Shown: positions 1 to 26,930 of the stretch, piece after piece
Layout of the letters: the number at the start of each line of letters is the position of its first letter
Numbering within the stretch: the stretch's first letter is position 1
Source: Anolis carolinensis
Lineage: Eukaryota
DNA: 64,000 bases
Assembly: GCF_035594765.1 (NCBI RefSeq)
Contig: NC_085842.1
Location: 30,976,782 to 31,040,781 of the forward strand
Reading direction: 5' to 3'
Notes under the pieces: generated by a model
Databases searched by the model: none
What the model was told of the DNA's origin: nothing
Seen by the model: the letters and a program-made list of their open reading frames with translations, nothing else
Program-made: the position numbers and the translations under genes

Positions 1-140
1 GCCCCATGTAAGAGACAGTCTAGCTTGTGCCGCTTCTCTGTGGTCTCTTCCGAGTGAGGTGTATGATGGGAAGTGAGGCACGCCAGAGCGGAAGAACTAG
101 GCAGAGAGGAAGAGAAGAAGGATCCTTCCTAATGGTGAGG
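1..140 (+). promoter_or_regulatory. Probable GTF2H4 promoter / non-coding first exon
   Basis: ETS-like CGGAAG near 89, donor-like ATG|GTGAGG at 135, and an acceptor (aacaccAG, 418) upstream of the start codon. Inferred. Confidence 0.45.
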
Positions 141-180
141 CTGAAGGCAAAGGATGGGAAAGCTCAAAGAGGCACTAAAG

Positions 181-366
181 CAGGCCTGGGCCTACTTGGG
201 CCCTCGAGGTGTTTTGGACTTCAACTCCCAGCATGCCTCACGGCCTCGGGCCCTTTCCTTTTCCCCCTCAGCCGCTAAGCGGCTGAGGGGGAAAAGGAAA
301 GGGCCCGAGGCCGTGAGGCATGCTGGGAGTTGAAGTCCAAAACACCTCGAGGGCCCAAGTAGGCCT
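181..366. mobile_element. Palindromic non-autonomous hAT-type MITE
   Basis: Near-perfect fold-back centred on CAGCCGC-TAA-GCGGCTG, with a CAGGCCTGGG terminus. Related copies at 25933, 26336, 51057 and 58969. Confidence 0.8.
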
Positions 367-450
367 AATCTTGTTTAAAACGCTTCTAAATATTTTTAAC
401 CTTTTGTTGTAACACCAGAGATGTCCTAGCCACAAACCGGACTTTGTAAT

Positions 451-14994
<14,544 letters not shown>

Positions 14995-15766
14995 GGGCAG
15001 TGGCTCTCTTCAGGACCTTATGCTTAATGCTGGAAACTTGGAACAGTGAAGATGTTTTGCCCTGTAGCACTGGATGGGTCACAAGAACAAGGAGAGAAAG
15101 GAGATGTCTTAACAGGAGCTGCCTATCTAGTCAAAGGAAAGTTAAGAATCAAGTGAAAACCTACCAGTAGTTTACAGCTCCAAGCAAGAACATAGTTATG
15201 TTCTTTTTCATCTTCCATGAATTTTCTATGAAAGGAACTACAAAATAAGCAAGAGCTTATGTGCTCAAACTGTTTCAGGAAACTTGAAGTGAGTAAATGG
15301 CCCAAATTGATTCCTCCTCGAGATGTACTTACTTGGGACCAGTGAATAGCTCAAAAAGAAATGCTGAGATTGTTACAAAAACTCGCCCACTTGTGTGGAT
15401 AGGAGTCTGTTGGCTCTTTTGTGTAGAAGAGGCATTCAAGAATAATACTGTTTAAAACAGAGACTTTGACACCCTGGACTTTTCTTCTCCAAATATTCAT
15501 AGTAAAGGGGAGGGGAACTGTGTTGGGGAAGAGTTGTTTAGATCTTTTTTCTTTTTCTTTTTTGGACAATTGTTTCCGCAAGTCCTCAGCATAGCCAAAT
15601 GGATACTGAGATTCTGGTAGTTGTAGTCCAAACAATAACTTTTCCACAAACAAGATGTGGGACTCAGGGGACAAACAAGGGGACTCAGGACTGCTTACAA
15701 TAAAAAACACAGTGGCAAACATTCAGTGCCAAAAACCAAAAACAACAATAAACAAATCAAAAACTA

Positions 15767-15980
15767 GGTTGTTGTATGTTTTCCGGGCTGTATGGCCATA
15801 TTCCAGATGTATTATCTCCTGACGTTTCGCCCACATCTATGGCAGGTATCTTCGGAGGTTGTGAGGATGCCTGTCATAGATGTGGGTGAAATATCAGGAG
15901 AAAATACTTCTGGAACATGGCCATTCAGCCCAGAAAACGTACTACAACCCTGTGATCCTGGCCATGAAAACCTTCAATAA
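15767..15980. mobile_element. Penelope-like element terminal fragment (inverted arrangement)
   Basis: GGGCTGTATGGCCATATTCCAGA...TCTGGAACATGGCCAT; relatives at 24517, 49445 and 61030. Confidence 0.6.
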
Positions 15981-16719
15981 CAAATCAAAAACAAACTCAA
16001 TAATATTAATATAACAGCATAAATAAACATAGCATAATACAACCCACACTTTACAACATAGTACTGTAATTTCTTAAATTCTTTAAAAGTTCGACTGTGA
16101 TGGTATAAGCTAATCGACAAAGGTAGGTATTCACTAGAGGCCAGTGAAGGACATTGCAGAACTTGAAGGGCAAATGAACTGGTGTCTGAAATGGCTAAGA
16201 AAGGATTCGTGAGATCTTTGTCCTTCCTGCCTGCCTCCAAATGGAAATGGGAAAACTTGAAGATGTATACATTCCTCCTCTCACTAACCCAAAAAAATGC
16301 CCTCCCCCCTCCACGATAGGATTGCCATACATCAGAATTGACTTGAAGGCTCATAACTACAGCTCACGCCCTCAAATACTTTTATTAAGTGCATAGGGAG
16401 AAGCTAGCACAAACAAATTCTACAGAAGTAGCTCTTGCCAAGTAACAAAACCTGGCTGTGCATATTGTAGACCTTTCCACCTGTTGTTATGGTTAAATGC
16501 TATGGTTTGCCTCAAAACCACAATTGCTAGCTGGGGAATACTACTGACTCTGGTTAAGAACATGAAGTGTTGGGGAAATGAGCAATTACTAAGCCCTTTT
16601 TATGTGGCTGAGCAGTTTGTTTTCTAAATTTGGAACGGGAATGTGTGGCTTGCCAGATTTCTTCAAAAGCACCTTTCATTCAAGAAAATCCAACAATTGC
16701 TACATCCAGCAAGGGATAA

Positions 16720-17440
16720 GAGGGGATCCTCTAACAACTGCAGGAATCTACCGTATACCATGCAGCTGTGGATATGTCTACAGAGGGACCACCAAACGCA
16801 GCATTGCCCAAACACGAATCAAGGAACATGAAAGGCACTGCAGACTAACTCAACCAGAGAAGTCAGCTATAGCACTTGAGGAACCAACTTGGACACAGAA
16901 TATTATTTGAGAACACAGAAATGCTGGACCACTCTAACAACCACCATGTCAGACTACACAAGAAGCCATTGAAATCCACAAGCATGTGGATGATTTTAAC
17001 AAAAAGGAGGAAACCATGCAAATGAACAAAATTTGGTTACCAGTATTAAAAAAACCGCCAGAATCAAGACAGTAAATAATGAACACCACTCAGAGACAGG
17101 AGACCTCCAGACAACAAGCAATCAAGGGCCAGTTAACACCTTCCAAATAGAGGATGCCACCAGGCAACAAACACCAGGCTATCTATGCAGATACCCTCAG
17201 TAATTGACTTTGGAAACACTTCATGGCTACCCAAATGCTAATTTAAGCTTGCTAATTGCAACATTCACACTTGCTTTAAACAGACAAGGGTTCTTTCTCC
17301 TACCCTGGACATTCCACACATTCCACTTGCCTCACTGCCAACAGAACTTCTGAAAATGCCAGCCACAGATGCAGAAAAAATGTCAGAAGAGAATGCTACT
17401 GGAACATGGCCATACAGCTCGAAAAACTCATAGCAATCCA
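16720..17440 (+). mobile_element. Penelope-like retroelement 3' fragment (GIY-YIG endonuclease remnant)
   Basis: AGIYRIPCSCGYVYRGTTKRSIAQTRIKEHERHC is a GIY-YIG motif. Confidence 0.85.
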
Positions 17441-17744
17441 ACAACATTCATTATCTATCTCCATTGGCATTTATGAGTGGAGCTGATGGGAACTGCTGTC
17501 TGACAATATAGGGAGACTATATGTTGCCCACAGTATAAATCAGGGGTCCTCGAACTTTTTAAGCAGAAGGCCGGGTCACAGTCCCTCAGAGTGTTGGGGG
17601 GCTGGACTGTAGTTTGAAAAAAAATACAAATTCCTACACACTCTGCATATGTCTTATTTACAGTGCAAAAAACAACAACGAAAGAACAATACAATATTTT
17701 AAAATAACAACAGAGAGAGAAGAGCGGTATATAAAATAAAGAAA

Positions 17745-18330
17745 TAAATAAGTCATGCTTCCCCTCTATTCTGCCTTGGTCAGACCACACCTAAAATACT
17801 ATGTCCAATCCTGAGCACTGCAATTTAAGGGAGATGTTGACAAGCTGGAATGTGTCCAGATGAAGGCGACAAAATCATCAAGGGTCTGAAGAATAAGCCC
17901 TATGAGGAGTGACTTAGAGAGCTGGCCATGTTTAATCTGCAGAAGAGAAGGTTGAGAGGAGACATAATGGCCATATATAAATAGGGAGGAGGAAGCGAGC
18001 TTGTTGGTTGTTTGTTTGTTTTTTTGGTTTTTTTGTTTTGCTTATTTTTTGGCTGCCCTGGAGTCTGGGATATGGAGCAATGGCGTCAAATGACAGGAAA
18101 GGAGATTCCACCTGAACATTAGGAAGAACTTCCTGAGAGCTGTTCAGCAGTGGAACTCTCTGCCTTGAAGTGTAGTGGAGACTTCTTCTTTGGAGGCTTT
18201 TAAACAGAGGCAGGATGGCCATCTGTTGGGGGTACTTTGAATGCGATTTGAAGCATCTGGGCCTCATGCTTCTTGGCAGGGGGTTGGACTGGATGACCCA
18301 CGAAGTCTCTTCCAGTTCTTTGATTCTATG
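17745..18330 (+). mobile_element. CR1 LINE 3' fragment
   Basis: Decayed RT C-terminus (LVRPHL.Y..Q, LE.VQ..ATK) and a GATTCTAT tail. Confidence 0.8.
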
Positions 18331-18674
18331 ACATTGAGCCATGGCAGTTCAAGCGGTGTTGAATTAACACAGAAGCACCCTGAGTTGCATCAACCTGCAT
18401 CCTCAGTGCTTTGATGCACCTGTTTTATGAGTGAAATCCATTGTTTTTAAAGCTGTAATGATTTGTTGAGCTGCCCCCTTACACTTTTGTAAAATAAAGA
18501 GTTGAACAGAACTTTGTTTCAGAGTTTTACAAAAGTGGATCTGGGTCCCATGTAAGAAGAAAGGGAGAGTGAGTAATAAAGTCAGTTATAACTTCAAAGT
18601 CACAAAAGTAGACCTGGGTTCAGTGTCTGAAGAAAGAGTGGGTGGGTATTAAGGACTTGTAGTTCTGCAAGGTA

Positions 18675-18937
18675 GGAGCCCCCAGATGGCGTAGTGGACT
18701 AAGTGACTGGAAGGTTGGGTTGCTGACCTGAAAGTTGCCAGGTTCGAATCCCACCTGGGGAGAGTGCGGATGAGCTCCCTCTATCAGCTCCAGCTCCATG
18801 CGGGGACATGAGAGAAGCCTCCCACAAGGATGGTAAAACATCAAAACATCCGGGCGTCCCCTGGGCAACGTCCTTGCAGACGGCCAATTCTCTCACTCCA
18901 GAAGCAACTTCGGTTGCTCCTGACACGAAAAAAAAAA
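18675..18937 (+). mobile_element. tRNA-derived SINE (Anolis SINE2-like) with TSD
   Basis: A and B boxes, poly-A tail, flanking direct repeat TTCTGCAAGGT. Confidence 0.85.
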
Positions 18938-19566
18938 TTCTGCAAGGTGTGTAGTATTCTCTTCCAAGGAGTGCTAGGGCATGACCAAACTACAAGCCCC
19001 AGGATTTCATAGCATTCAGCCACGGCAGTTAAAGCAGTGTCAAACTGTATTGATTCTACAGTGGAAGCGTCTCTTAGATTTAAAGTCCAACCAGGGCAAG
19101 AATGAGAGGGAACAGTCACTGCAGTTTAGGCCATTTCTGCCAAATTGCCATGTGTGCTCTTAACGTGATAACATGCAATTCAGATTGACACCAGGGATTT
19201 TCATGCCATGCTGCAGAAGTATAGTGCCATAATTCCATTTTAGCCAGAGAGTTGTAGTTTAGGGAAAGACATTTGGGTTTCTCGGCCAGAGGAAAACTTC
19301 AGTGGAAAACTTCAAACCCCACCTCCTCCAGCAGCGGAGGAGCTTGGGGGTGGATCTTGGGGGAGTGCTTGGATAACTGGATGAAACCGGGGAAACTGGA
19401 TGAAACGAGGTTACTTGAGCTGGTGCCTCACTAAACTGTAACTGACACTGAGGATTCTATAGCCTTCAGCTATGGCAGTTAAAATGGCATTGAATAGCAG
19501 GCCTATTAACTATGAATTTTAAACTCATGTCTTCTATTTACTTTAACTTTTGTTCTATATATTATA

Positions 19567-21884
19567 CTAGCTGTGCCCGGCCACGCGTTGCTGTGGCAAA
19601 GTATGGTGTATGGGAAATAAAGTATTGAGGAATTGGTGGTAGTTAAGGTAAAGGGTAAATGTTTTCCCGACTCTGGGGATTGGTGCTCATCTCCATTTCT
19701 AAGCCGAAGAGCCGGCGTTGTCCGTAGACTCCTCCAAGGTCATGTGGGATGACTGCATGGAGCGCCGTTACCTTCCCACCAGAGCAGTACCTATTGATGC
19801 ACTCACATTTGCATGTTTTTGAACTTCTGGGTTGGCAGAAGCTGGGGCTAACAGTGGGGGCTCACTCCGCTCCCCCAATTCAAACCTGCAGCCTTTCAGT
19901 CCAGAAGTTCAGCAGCTCAGCGCTTTAACACGCTGCGCCATCAGGAGATATTATTTCCTAAAGGTTGTGAATATACAATATTTCTGATTTTCTTGTCTCT
20001 GTTGGAGGCAAGTATGAATGCTGCAATTAGGAAAAATGATTAGGATGTGATGGCCTTGCAGATTTAAAGCCTGGCTGTTTCCTTCCTGAGTGAATTTTTT
20101 GTTGGGAGGTGTTAGCTGGCCCTGATTGTTTCCTGTCTGGAATTCCCTTGTTTTCAGAGTGGTGTTCTTTGCGATATTTTATGTGCTTCTACTGTCTGTG
20201 GCCCTGAGAAAACAGAGGATTTGCCAGACTTTGATGATGGGAATACTTTGTTGGGAGGTGTTAGCTGACCCTGATTGTTTCCTGTGTGGAATTTCCCTGT
20301 TTTCAGAGTGTTGTTCTTTATTTAGTGTTCTGATTTTAGATTGTATTGTTCTGTTTTATTATACCATATTAATTTTTATATATTCAGATTTTAGTGTTTT
20401 TGAATACTTGAAGCCAGATTGTATTCATTTTCACAGTTGACCGCAACACAACAATAATAATAATAGTAATAGTAATAGTAATGATAGTAATAATAATGAC
20501 TTTGGGACTATACAGTGCTTCACTGCCTTCTCAGCTTCCTTTCTGGAAGAATCCTTTCTTGGGAGGTGTTAGCTGGCCCTGATTGTTTCCTTTGTGGAAT
20601 TTCCAATTTCCCTGCTTTATTTACTTTCTTTATTTCTTTATTTACTGTCCTGGTTTTAGAGATTATATTGTTCTGCATTATTCTATCCCAGTAATTATTT
20701 CATATTAAAGTATAATCTCACTTATTCAACATTCGCTTATACAATGTTCTGGATTATCCAACGCAGTCTGCCTTTTCGTAATCAATGTTTTTGTAGTCAG
20801 TGTTTTAAATTCATTGTGATATTTTAGTGGTAAATTTGTATATACAGTACAGTAGAATCTCACTTATCCAACATAAACAGAATGCCGGCAGAATGTTGGA
20901 TAAGCGAATATGTTGGATAATAAGGAGGCATTAAGGAAAAGCCTATTAAATATCAAATTAGGTTATGATTTTACAAATGCAGCGCCAAAACATCATGTTA
21001 GACAACAAATTTGACAGAAAAAGTAGTTCAATACGCAGTAATGCTATGTAGTAATTACTGTATTTACGAATTTAGCACCAAAATATCATATATTGAAAAC
21101 ATTGACTACAAAAATGTGTTGGATAATCCAGAAAGTTGGATAAGCGAGTGTTGGATAAGTGAGACTCTACTGTAATTACTACATAGCATTACTGCGCATG
21201 GAACTACTTTTTCTGTCAAATTTGTTGTATAACATCATGTTTTGGTGCTTAATTTGTATAACGATTACCTAATTTGATGTTTAATCGGCTTTTCCTGAAT
21301 CCCTTCTTATTATCCAACATATTCACTTATCCTGCCGGCCTGTTTATGTTGGATAAGTGAGAGTCTACTGTATATTGATAATCTTATATTATCTGCTTAG
21401 AACTGGATTATATGAGGCCCCTTCTTCACAGCTTTATAAAATGCACACTGAAGTGGATTATATGGTAGTGTGAAGTCAAAATAATCCAGTGCAAAGCAGA
21501 TAATATAAGATTATAAATGGGTTATATAGCTGTGTGGAAGGGCCTTGAGTCTACACTGCCATATAATCCAGTGCAAATTAGATAATCTGTGGAAAGGCCT
21601 GAGGCCTAAATCTGCCTATCCCCTAACTGAACCCTAGCTGTGCCTTGGTGAGTTGGTTGCTAGGAGACCAAGTGGGCAGAGATTAGCCCTCTTAACTGGC
21701 AGCAATTGGATAAAAACAATTATTGCTCTCCCTCTAATTAGGACTTTATTTTTCTTTTCTTTTTTTGTATCAACCTAGACGCGTGGATGATGGGTTGTGT
21801 TGTCAAATTTCGAGGTTGGGGGGCCTGTAGTTTTGTTGTTTTGTTCGGTGCCCTGATTCCATCACTCTTTTATATATATATAGA
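19567..21884 (-). mobile_element. Composite non-autonomous Helitron (about 2.3 kb) carrying a Sauria SINE, Penelope pieces and MITEs
   Basis: Minus-strand 5' TCTATATATA...; 3' GCCACAGCAACGCGTGGC hairpin plus CTAG; A|T insertion. Homologous along its length to 61526-63506. Confidence 0.85.
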
Positions 21885-21888
21885 TGTA

Positions 21889-22588
21889 CAGTGTTCCCTC
21901 ACTTATCGCTGGGGTTAGGTTCCAGGACCACCCGCAATAAGTGAAAATCTGCAAAGTAGGGACGCTATATTTATTTTAATATTTATACATTATTTTAGTA
22001 GTTATACACTAATTTAAGTCTTTATCAACCAACCGTGTGTTGATAAATCGCCTCCTCCTCTCGTTGCTGCTTGGGCTCCTTTTCTCTCCCTTTGACTTTT
22101 CCTTCCTCCCTTCCTTAGGCTGTAAATTGTAATTTTTTTGATTTATAATAGTCTTTTAGAGTTTATTGAAAAACCGTGAAACAGCGAATCCGCAAAAAGT
22201 GAACCGCGAAGTAGTGAGGGAACACTGTATTCCATAGAAATAAGTTTTAATACAGTGTTCCCTCACTTATTGCGGGGGTTAGGTTCCAGGACGACCCGCA
22301 ATAAGTGAAAATCCGTGAAGTAGGGACACTATTTATTTTAATATTTACGTATACATTATTTTAGTACTTATACGCTATTTTAAGTCTTTATCAACCAATT
22401 GTGTGTTGATAAATTGCCTACTCCCGTTGCCGCTTGGGCTCCTTTTCTCCTCCTCCAGCTTCTCCTTCCTCCCTTCCTTAGGCTGTAAATTGTAATTTAT
22501 GATTTATAATAGTCTTTTAGAGTTTATTGAAAAACGGCAAAAGAGCGAATCCATGAAAAGCAAACCGCGAAGTAGTGAGGGAACACTG
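21889..22588. mobile_element. Two adjacent Tc1/pogo (Tigger-like) MITEs, 21889-22227 and 22253-22588
   Basis: TIRs CAGTGTTCCCTCAC...GTGAGGGAACACTG, each flanked by TA. Confidence 0.85.
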
Positions 22589-22873
22589 TATATGTATTTG
22601 ACACGATGTTTTATAATGATTTATTTCTACTGTTTGTGCCCCAACTCAAGAAGAGGTGAGTAAGAAACAAAAATTATTAATTTATTTATACTCCACTTTA
22701 TCTCCCCAAAGGGGACTCAAATCAGCTTGACATAAAAGTATAAGTATACAATTTAAAATATACAAATATGCAAACACTAAAATACAACTAAACACAAACA
22801 GTACTAAGAAATTTAGTTAAAATCCACCAAAATTTTTTAAAAACCACAGCACCCCCTGACTAGATTTTAAACA

Positions 22874-24397
22874 CTAGTTTAGGTACCCAACAATGCCCGG
22901 GTTAGGTCTTTTGTAACGATAAAAGAAGTTGCTTTTGGAGGTTTTTATGAATTGTTCTAGTAGAAAATGTATAAGGATACAACTTCCATCATCATGTCAC
23001 TGCCACAAAAGCACACCAATACTTAAAATTGGTCACCAGAGGGGGGGGGGGGGGGGCGGTGTCTGTATACCTAGTTTGGTCCAAATCCATAGTTGTTGGG
23101 AGACACAGGGTGCTCTCGAAATGGGAGTCATTGCAGAAATAACTTGCCCACATACATATTTTCCCTTTTACTATATACTACCCTTAAGTACCCAGAGATG
23201 CCTGGGTTAGGTCTTTTGTAATGCTATGTTATGTTCATCCAAGGTCAGGTTCAGAGTGCTAGCTGGATGTGGGTGAACTCCTAGCACCCAAGGTCAATTC
23301 CCTCCAAACCCCACAAGTTAGTCATGGGTGTCTTGGTCCAAATCCCATTTCAGAGCATGTGGGATTTTATTCAGCTGTGTGGGTGGGGGCTGGAATAGAT
23401 GAGTGTGGACTCAGATAATCCAGGTATCGTGAGATTTTCTGCCTTGATATTCTAGGTTATATGGCTGTGTGGAAGGGCTCACAGTGCTCTCTGGAAGTAG
23501 AGCCATCCTAGAAAATACAAACAGATACACACACATACATTTTCACTTTTATTATAGACTAGCTTGGAAACCCAGCAATGTCCCAGTTAGATAAAGATAA
23601 ATATTAAAAGCAGTCATTGTTTGGTTTTGAATTCTATGAATACATCCAATAGAAAATGCCTAAGGATGTGGATAAACTACAACTCCCATCATTATCTGTC
23701 ATGGCCCCTAAACTGTAGAAGTAAAGTGGATTCTGATGGGCACATGTACCAGGCTTGGTCCAGTTCCATCATTGGTGAGATTCAATGTTCTCTGGTTGTG
23801 TGTGAAGTAGAACTCCCACCATCTTAGGTCAATCCCCCCCTCCCCCCTCCCCCCTCCCAAAGTTCACCAGTATTTAAAGTTGGCCAGGAAGGGTTTGTGT
23901 GCCAATACATTGTAGTGGGGTTCAGAGTGCTGTTTGATTGAGGGTGAACTACAATTCCCAGAACCGTGGGTCAATTCCCCTTAAATCCTGCCAGTATTCA
24001 GATTTGGTCATGTTGGGTTTATGTGCCAAGTTTGATCTAGATCCATCATCGGTTGAGTTCACAGTGCCATTTGAGTATGGGTGAACTACAATTCCCAAAA
24101 TGGTGAGGTAATTCCCTTTAAACCGCACCAGTCTTCAAAGTTGGCCATGATGGGTCTGCGTGCAAGGTTTGGTGCAAGGTTTGGTCCAGATCCATCATCG
24201 TTGGGGTTCAAAGTGCTCTCCCAAAATCCAAGGTCACCCCCTCCCTCCAAAAAACCACCAGTATTTTCTGTTGGTCATGTAGTGTCTGTTTGGTCCAGAG
24301 TGACAAATCCATCATTTGTAGGAATCACAGGGCTCTCAAAATGAGAGCCGTCTTGGAAATCCCATACATAGATGCAAACATACAAACTTGTATTAGA
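22874..24397 (-). mobile_element. Head-to-tail array of three Helitron-like units
   Basis: CTAG-plus-hairpin ends at 22874, about 23178 and 23559; direct CTAG|TC junction at 23558/23559. Confidence 0.6.
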
Positions 24398-24904
24398 TAA
24401 TGAAATTATTTTATTATTTTATTAAAGTTATTGTATTTATTAGATAATAAAATTATTAAATAATAGTAATAATAATTTGATAGTGCAAATACGCCCTGAC
24501 TGTATTCATCCTGTTATTGAAGGCTTTAATGGCCGGAATCAGAAGGTTGTTGTATGTTTTCCGGGCTGTATGGCTATGTTCCAGAAGTATTCCCTCGTGA
24601 CATTTCGCTGACATATATGGCAAGCATCCTCAGAGGTTGTGAGGTATGGAGAAACAGTTTCATAGATATGGGCGAAACGTCACGAGAGAATACTTCTGGA
24701 ACATGGCCATACAGCCCTGAAAACGTACTACAACCTTGCATTCATCCTGCTTTTCCTGGCTTCGATGTGTTTGTTTTGTGAGTTTGATCCATGTAGTTTT
24801 AAAAACATGATTTATTGAATTGCTTCTCTCCCTCAGCCCCCTCCACCATGTAAGCACACACCCACTTTTATGTATTTTGTGAAACATGTGAGTTGCTTCA
24901 AAGT

Positions 24905-25140
24905 TGTGCTGGGCGGAAATAAGTGTAGCGGAGAAGGCCATCTTAAGTTTTTAAGGACGTCAATACTGCATAGATAAGGCCGTGTGCTTTCTGGGCCGGA
25001 TTGGATGTTCACTCCACCTTAAAAAAGTGGCTCCCTGTGCCTGTGGTCCCTCTGACGACTGTAGGGCTGTGTAAGGCTTTAAAAGCCCGGGTCTCCTAAT
25101 TCCTAGAATTGCAGTCTGAAGCTGACTTCCCAGGTAAGGA
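24905..25140 (+). promoter_or_regulatory. Candidate haematopoietic-type promoter / first exon
   Basis: GGGCGGAAAT at 24911, AGATAA at 24972, ATTGG at 25000, TGTGGT at 25042, donor CAG|GTAAGG at 25134. Motif-based inference only. Confidence 0.35.
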
Positions 25141-25265
25141 AGGAGGGAGATAGAGAGAGGGTGTAGGGCTGTGTAAGGCTTTAAAAGCCCGGGTCTCCTA
25201 ATTCCTAGAATTGCAGTCTGAAGCTGACTTCCCAGGTAAGGAAGGAGGGAGATAGAGAGAGGGTG
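25060..25265. repeat. Perfect 102-bp tandem duplication
   Basis: TGTAGGGCTGTGTAAGG...GATAGAGAGAGGG occurs twice. Confidence 0.95.
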
Positions 25266-25342
25266 GGGGGGAGGGGCTTTGCCATTTGTGTCCCCTCAGG
25301 GAGATAGGGCAGGTTACAAATAAATTTTATTATTATTATTAT

Positions 25343-25623
25343 ATGACACAGCAAACAAGATAGATATGCTGGATTTTGTATCACAAAATCACAAGTCGAA
25401 AACTTCCCAAGTATCTAGGACTGTGTGATGTATTTTCGGATGATGTGCACAGATCCCAGTAGGGTGGCCTTTTGCAGTTGGCAGATTGTAATTTTGTCAA
25501 TGTCTATTGTTTCCAAATGCCGGCTGAGATCTTTTGGCACGGCACCCAATGTGCCGATCACCACCGGGACCACCTGCACTGGTTTCTGCCAGAGTCTTTG
25601 AAGTTCAATCTTGAGGTCCTGAT
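25343..25623 (-). mobile_element. 3' end of the same R4/Dong element
   Basis: Reverse complement of about 13920-14200; flanked by TTA/TAA-type repeats. Confidence 0.9.
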
Positions 25624-25932
25624 GTAATAATTATTACTACTACTACTTCTACACAGCTATATAAAATCTAGATTATCCTTTTTGAACTGTATTATCTGGC
25701 ACTGTAGGTTCAGATAATCTAGTACAAAACAGATAATATGGATTATATGGCAGTGTAGAAGAAGCCTGGGGCAGCTGCTTCATGCTGCTTAATAATAGAG
25801 CTGACAGTTTGAAAGTAGTCCCTACTTGATGGGATTTGAAACTGTCATGAAGCCATCTCTCTACCTTTCCCTACAGCTGCTACTGGAATATGAAGCAAAG
25901 AAGGAGAGTTGGGGGGAGAGGTGCGTCTACAC

Positions 25933-26078
25933 CAGGCATGGGCAAACTTGGGCCTTCCAGGTGTTTTGGACTTAAGCCCCTTAAGAGGCTGACGGGGGAA
26001 AGGAAAGGGCCGAGGCTGTTAGGAATAGTGGGAGTTGAAGTCCAAAACACCTGGAAGGCCCAAGTTTGCCCAGGCCTG
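25933..26078. mobile_element. hAT MITE with 8-bp TSD (GTCTACAC/ATCTACAC)
   Basis: Termini CAGGCATGGGCAAAC...GTTTGCCCAGGCCTG. Confidence 0.8.
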
Positions 26079-26335
26079 ATCTACACTGTAGAAGTAATGT
26101 AGTTTGATTGCCATGGATCAATGCTATGGCGTCCTGGGAGTTGTAGTTTTACAAGGTCTTGAGCCTTCTCTGCCATTGTGCTACTGCTTCATCAGATCAC
26201 AAAGCATAACATTGAGCCAGGACGGATAAAGTGATGTCAAAGTGCATTAGCTCTACAAGTGTTGATGTGCGCGCTTTCCCTGTTAACAAATAGGATGTTG
26301 ACATCAGAGACCTCATGGCAGGTTACAGTTAAAGA

Positions 26336-26521
26336 AGGCATAGGCAAACTTGGGCCCTCCAGGTGTCTTGGACTTCAACTCCCAGAATTCCTAACAGCCT
26401 CAGGCCTCTTCTTTTTCCCCCTCAGCGCGGCCGAGAGGGGAAAGGAAGGGGCCTGAGGCTGTTAGGAATTCTGGGAGTTGAAGTCCAAGACACCTGGAGA
26501 GCCCAAGTTTGCCCAGGCCTG
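26336..26521. mobile_element. Palindromic hAT MITE
   Basis: Same family as 181-366. Confidence 0.8.
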
Positions 26522-26527
26522 TTCTAC

Positions 26528-26930
26528 CTTAGGCAAGCCCTTCTGAAGATCCACGGCCTCCGCCAAAGGCCCCTTGCAGACAATATCCCGGCAGCAGAGC
26601 AGGCAGAATAATAATGGCGCCGGTTTTTCCCTCAGGCGGAGAGAGAGAAGGGCGCTGGCTGGCTGCTTTTGCCGTCGCTCAAGTTGGGCAGGGAGGCGAG
26701 GAACAGAGAAGTGCGCTGGTTGGTTGCCTCGTCTGCCGTTCGGTGCGTCAGCCCGCCTCTTCGAGGCTACTTCCGCCTGGGAAGGCGGGCAGGAGAGCTC
26801 TGGCTGGCTGCTTCTGCTGTGGCTTAAGTTGCTCAGCCCGCCTCCGGGGGGGGGGGTTAAGAAGTGGAGCAGCTGGTGGATTGGCTGCTTCCGCAGTTAC
26901 TCTATTTTTCAGCCCGCCTACTGACAAGCA
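26528..26930 (-). promoter_or_regulatory. CpG-rich island, probable promoter / non-coding first exon (minus strand tentative)
   Basis: High GC and CpG content; ETS motif ACTTCCG near 26769; minus-strand donor AAG|GTAGAA at 26527. Confidence 0.55.

Noticed and set aside
15290-15447. Degenerate C-type lectin exon on the minus strand (SYPHKWASFCNN)
   Set aside because: Only a faint resemblance to CPxxWxxFxNxCY; key cysteines are missing and there is an in-frame stop.
19190-19410. NF-kB/ISRE-like motif cluster
   Set aside because: The motifs are imperfect and the GAAA spacing does not fit an ISRE.
20095-20600. CRISPR-like spaced repeats (TTGGGAGGTGTTAGCTGGCCCTGATTG)
   Set aside because: This is eukaryotic DNA; the repeats are Penelope-derived pieces inside a Helitron, with related spacers and no cas genes.
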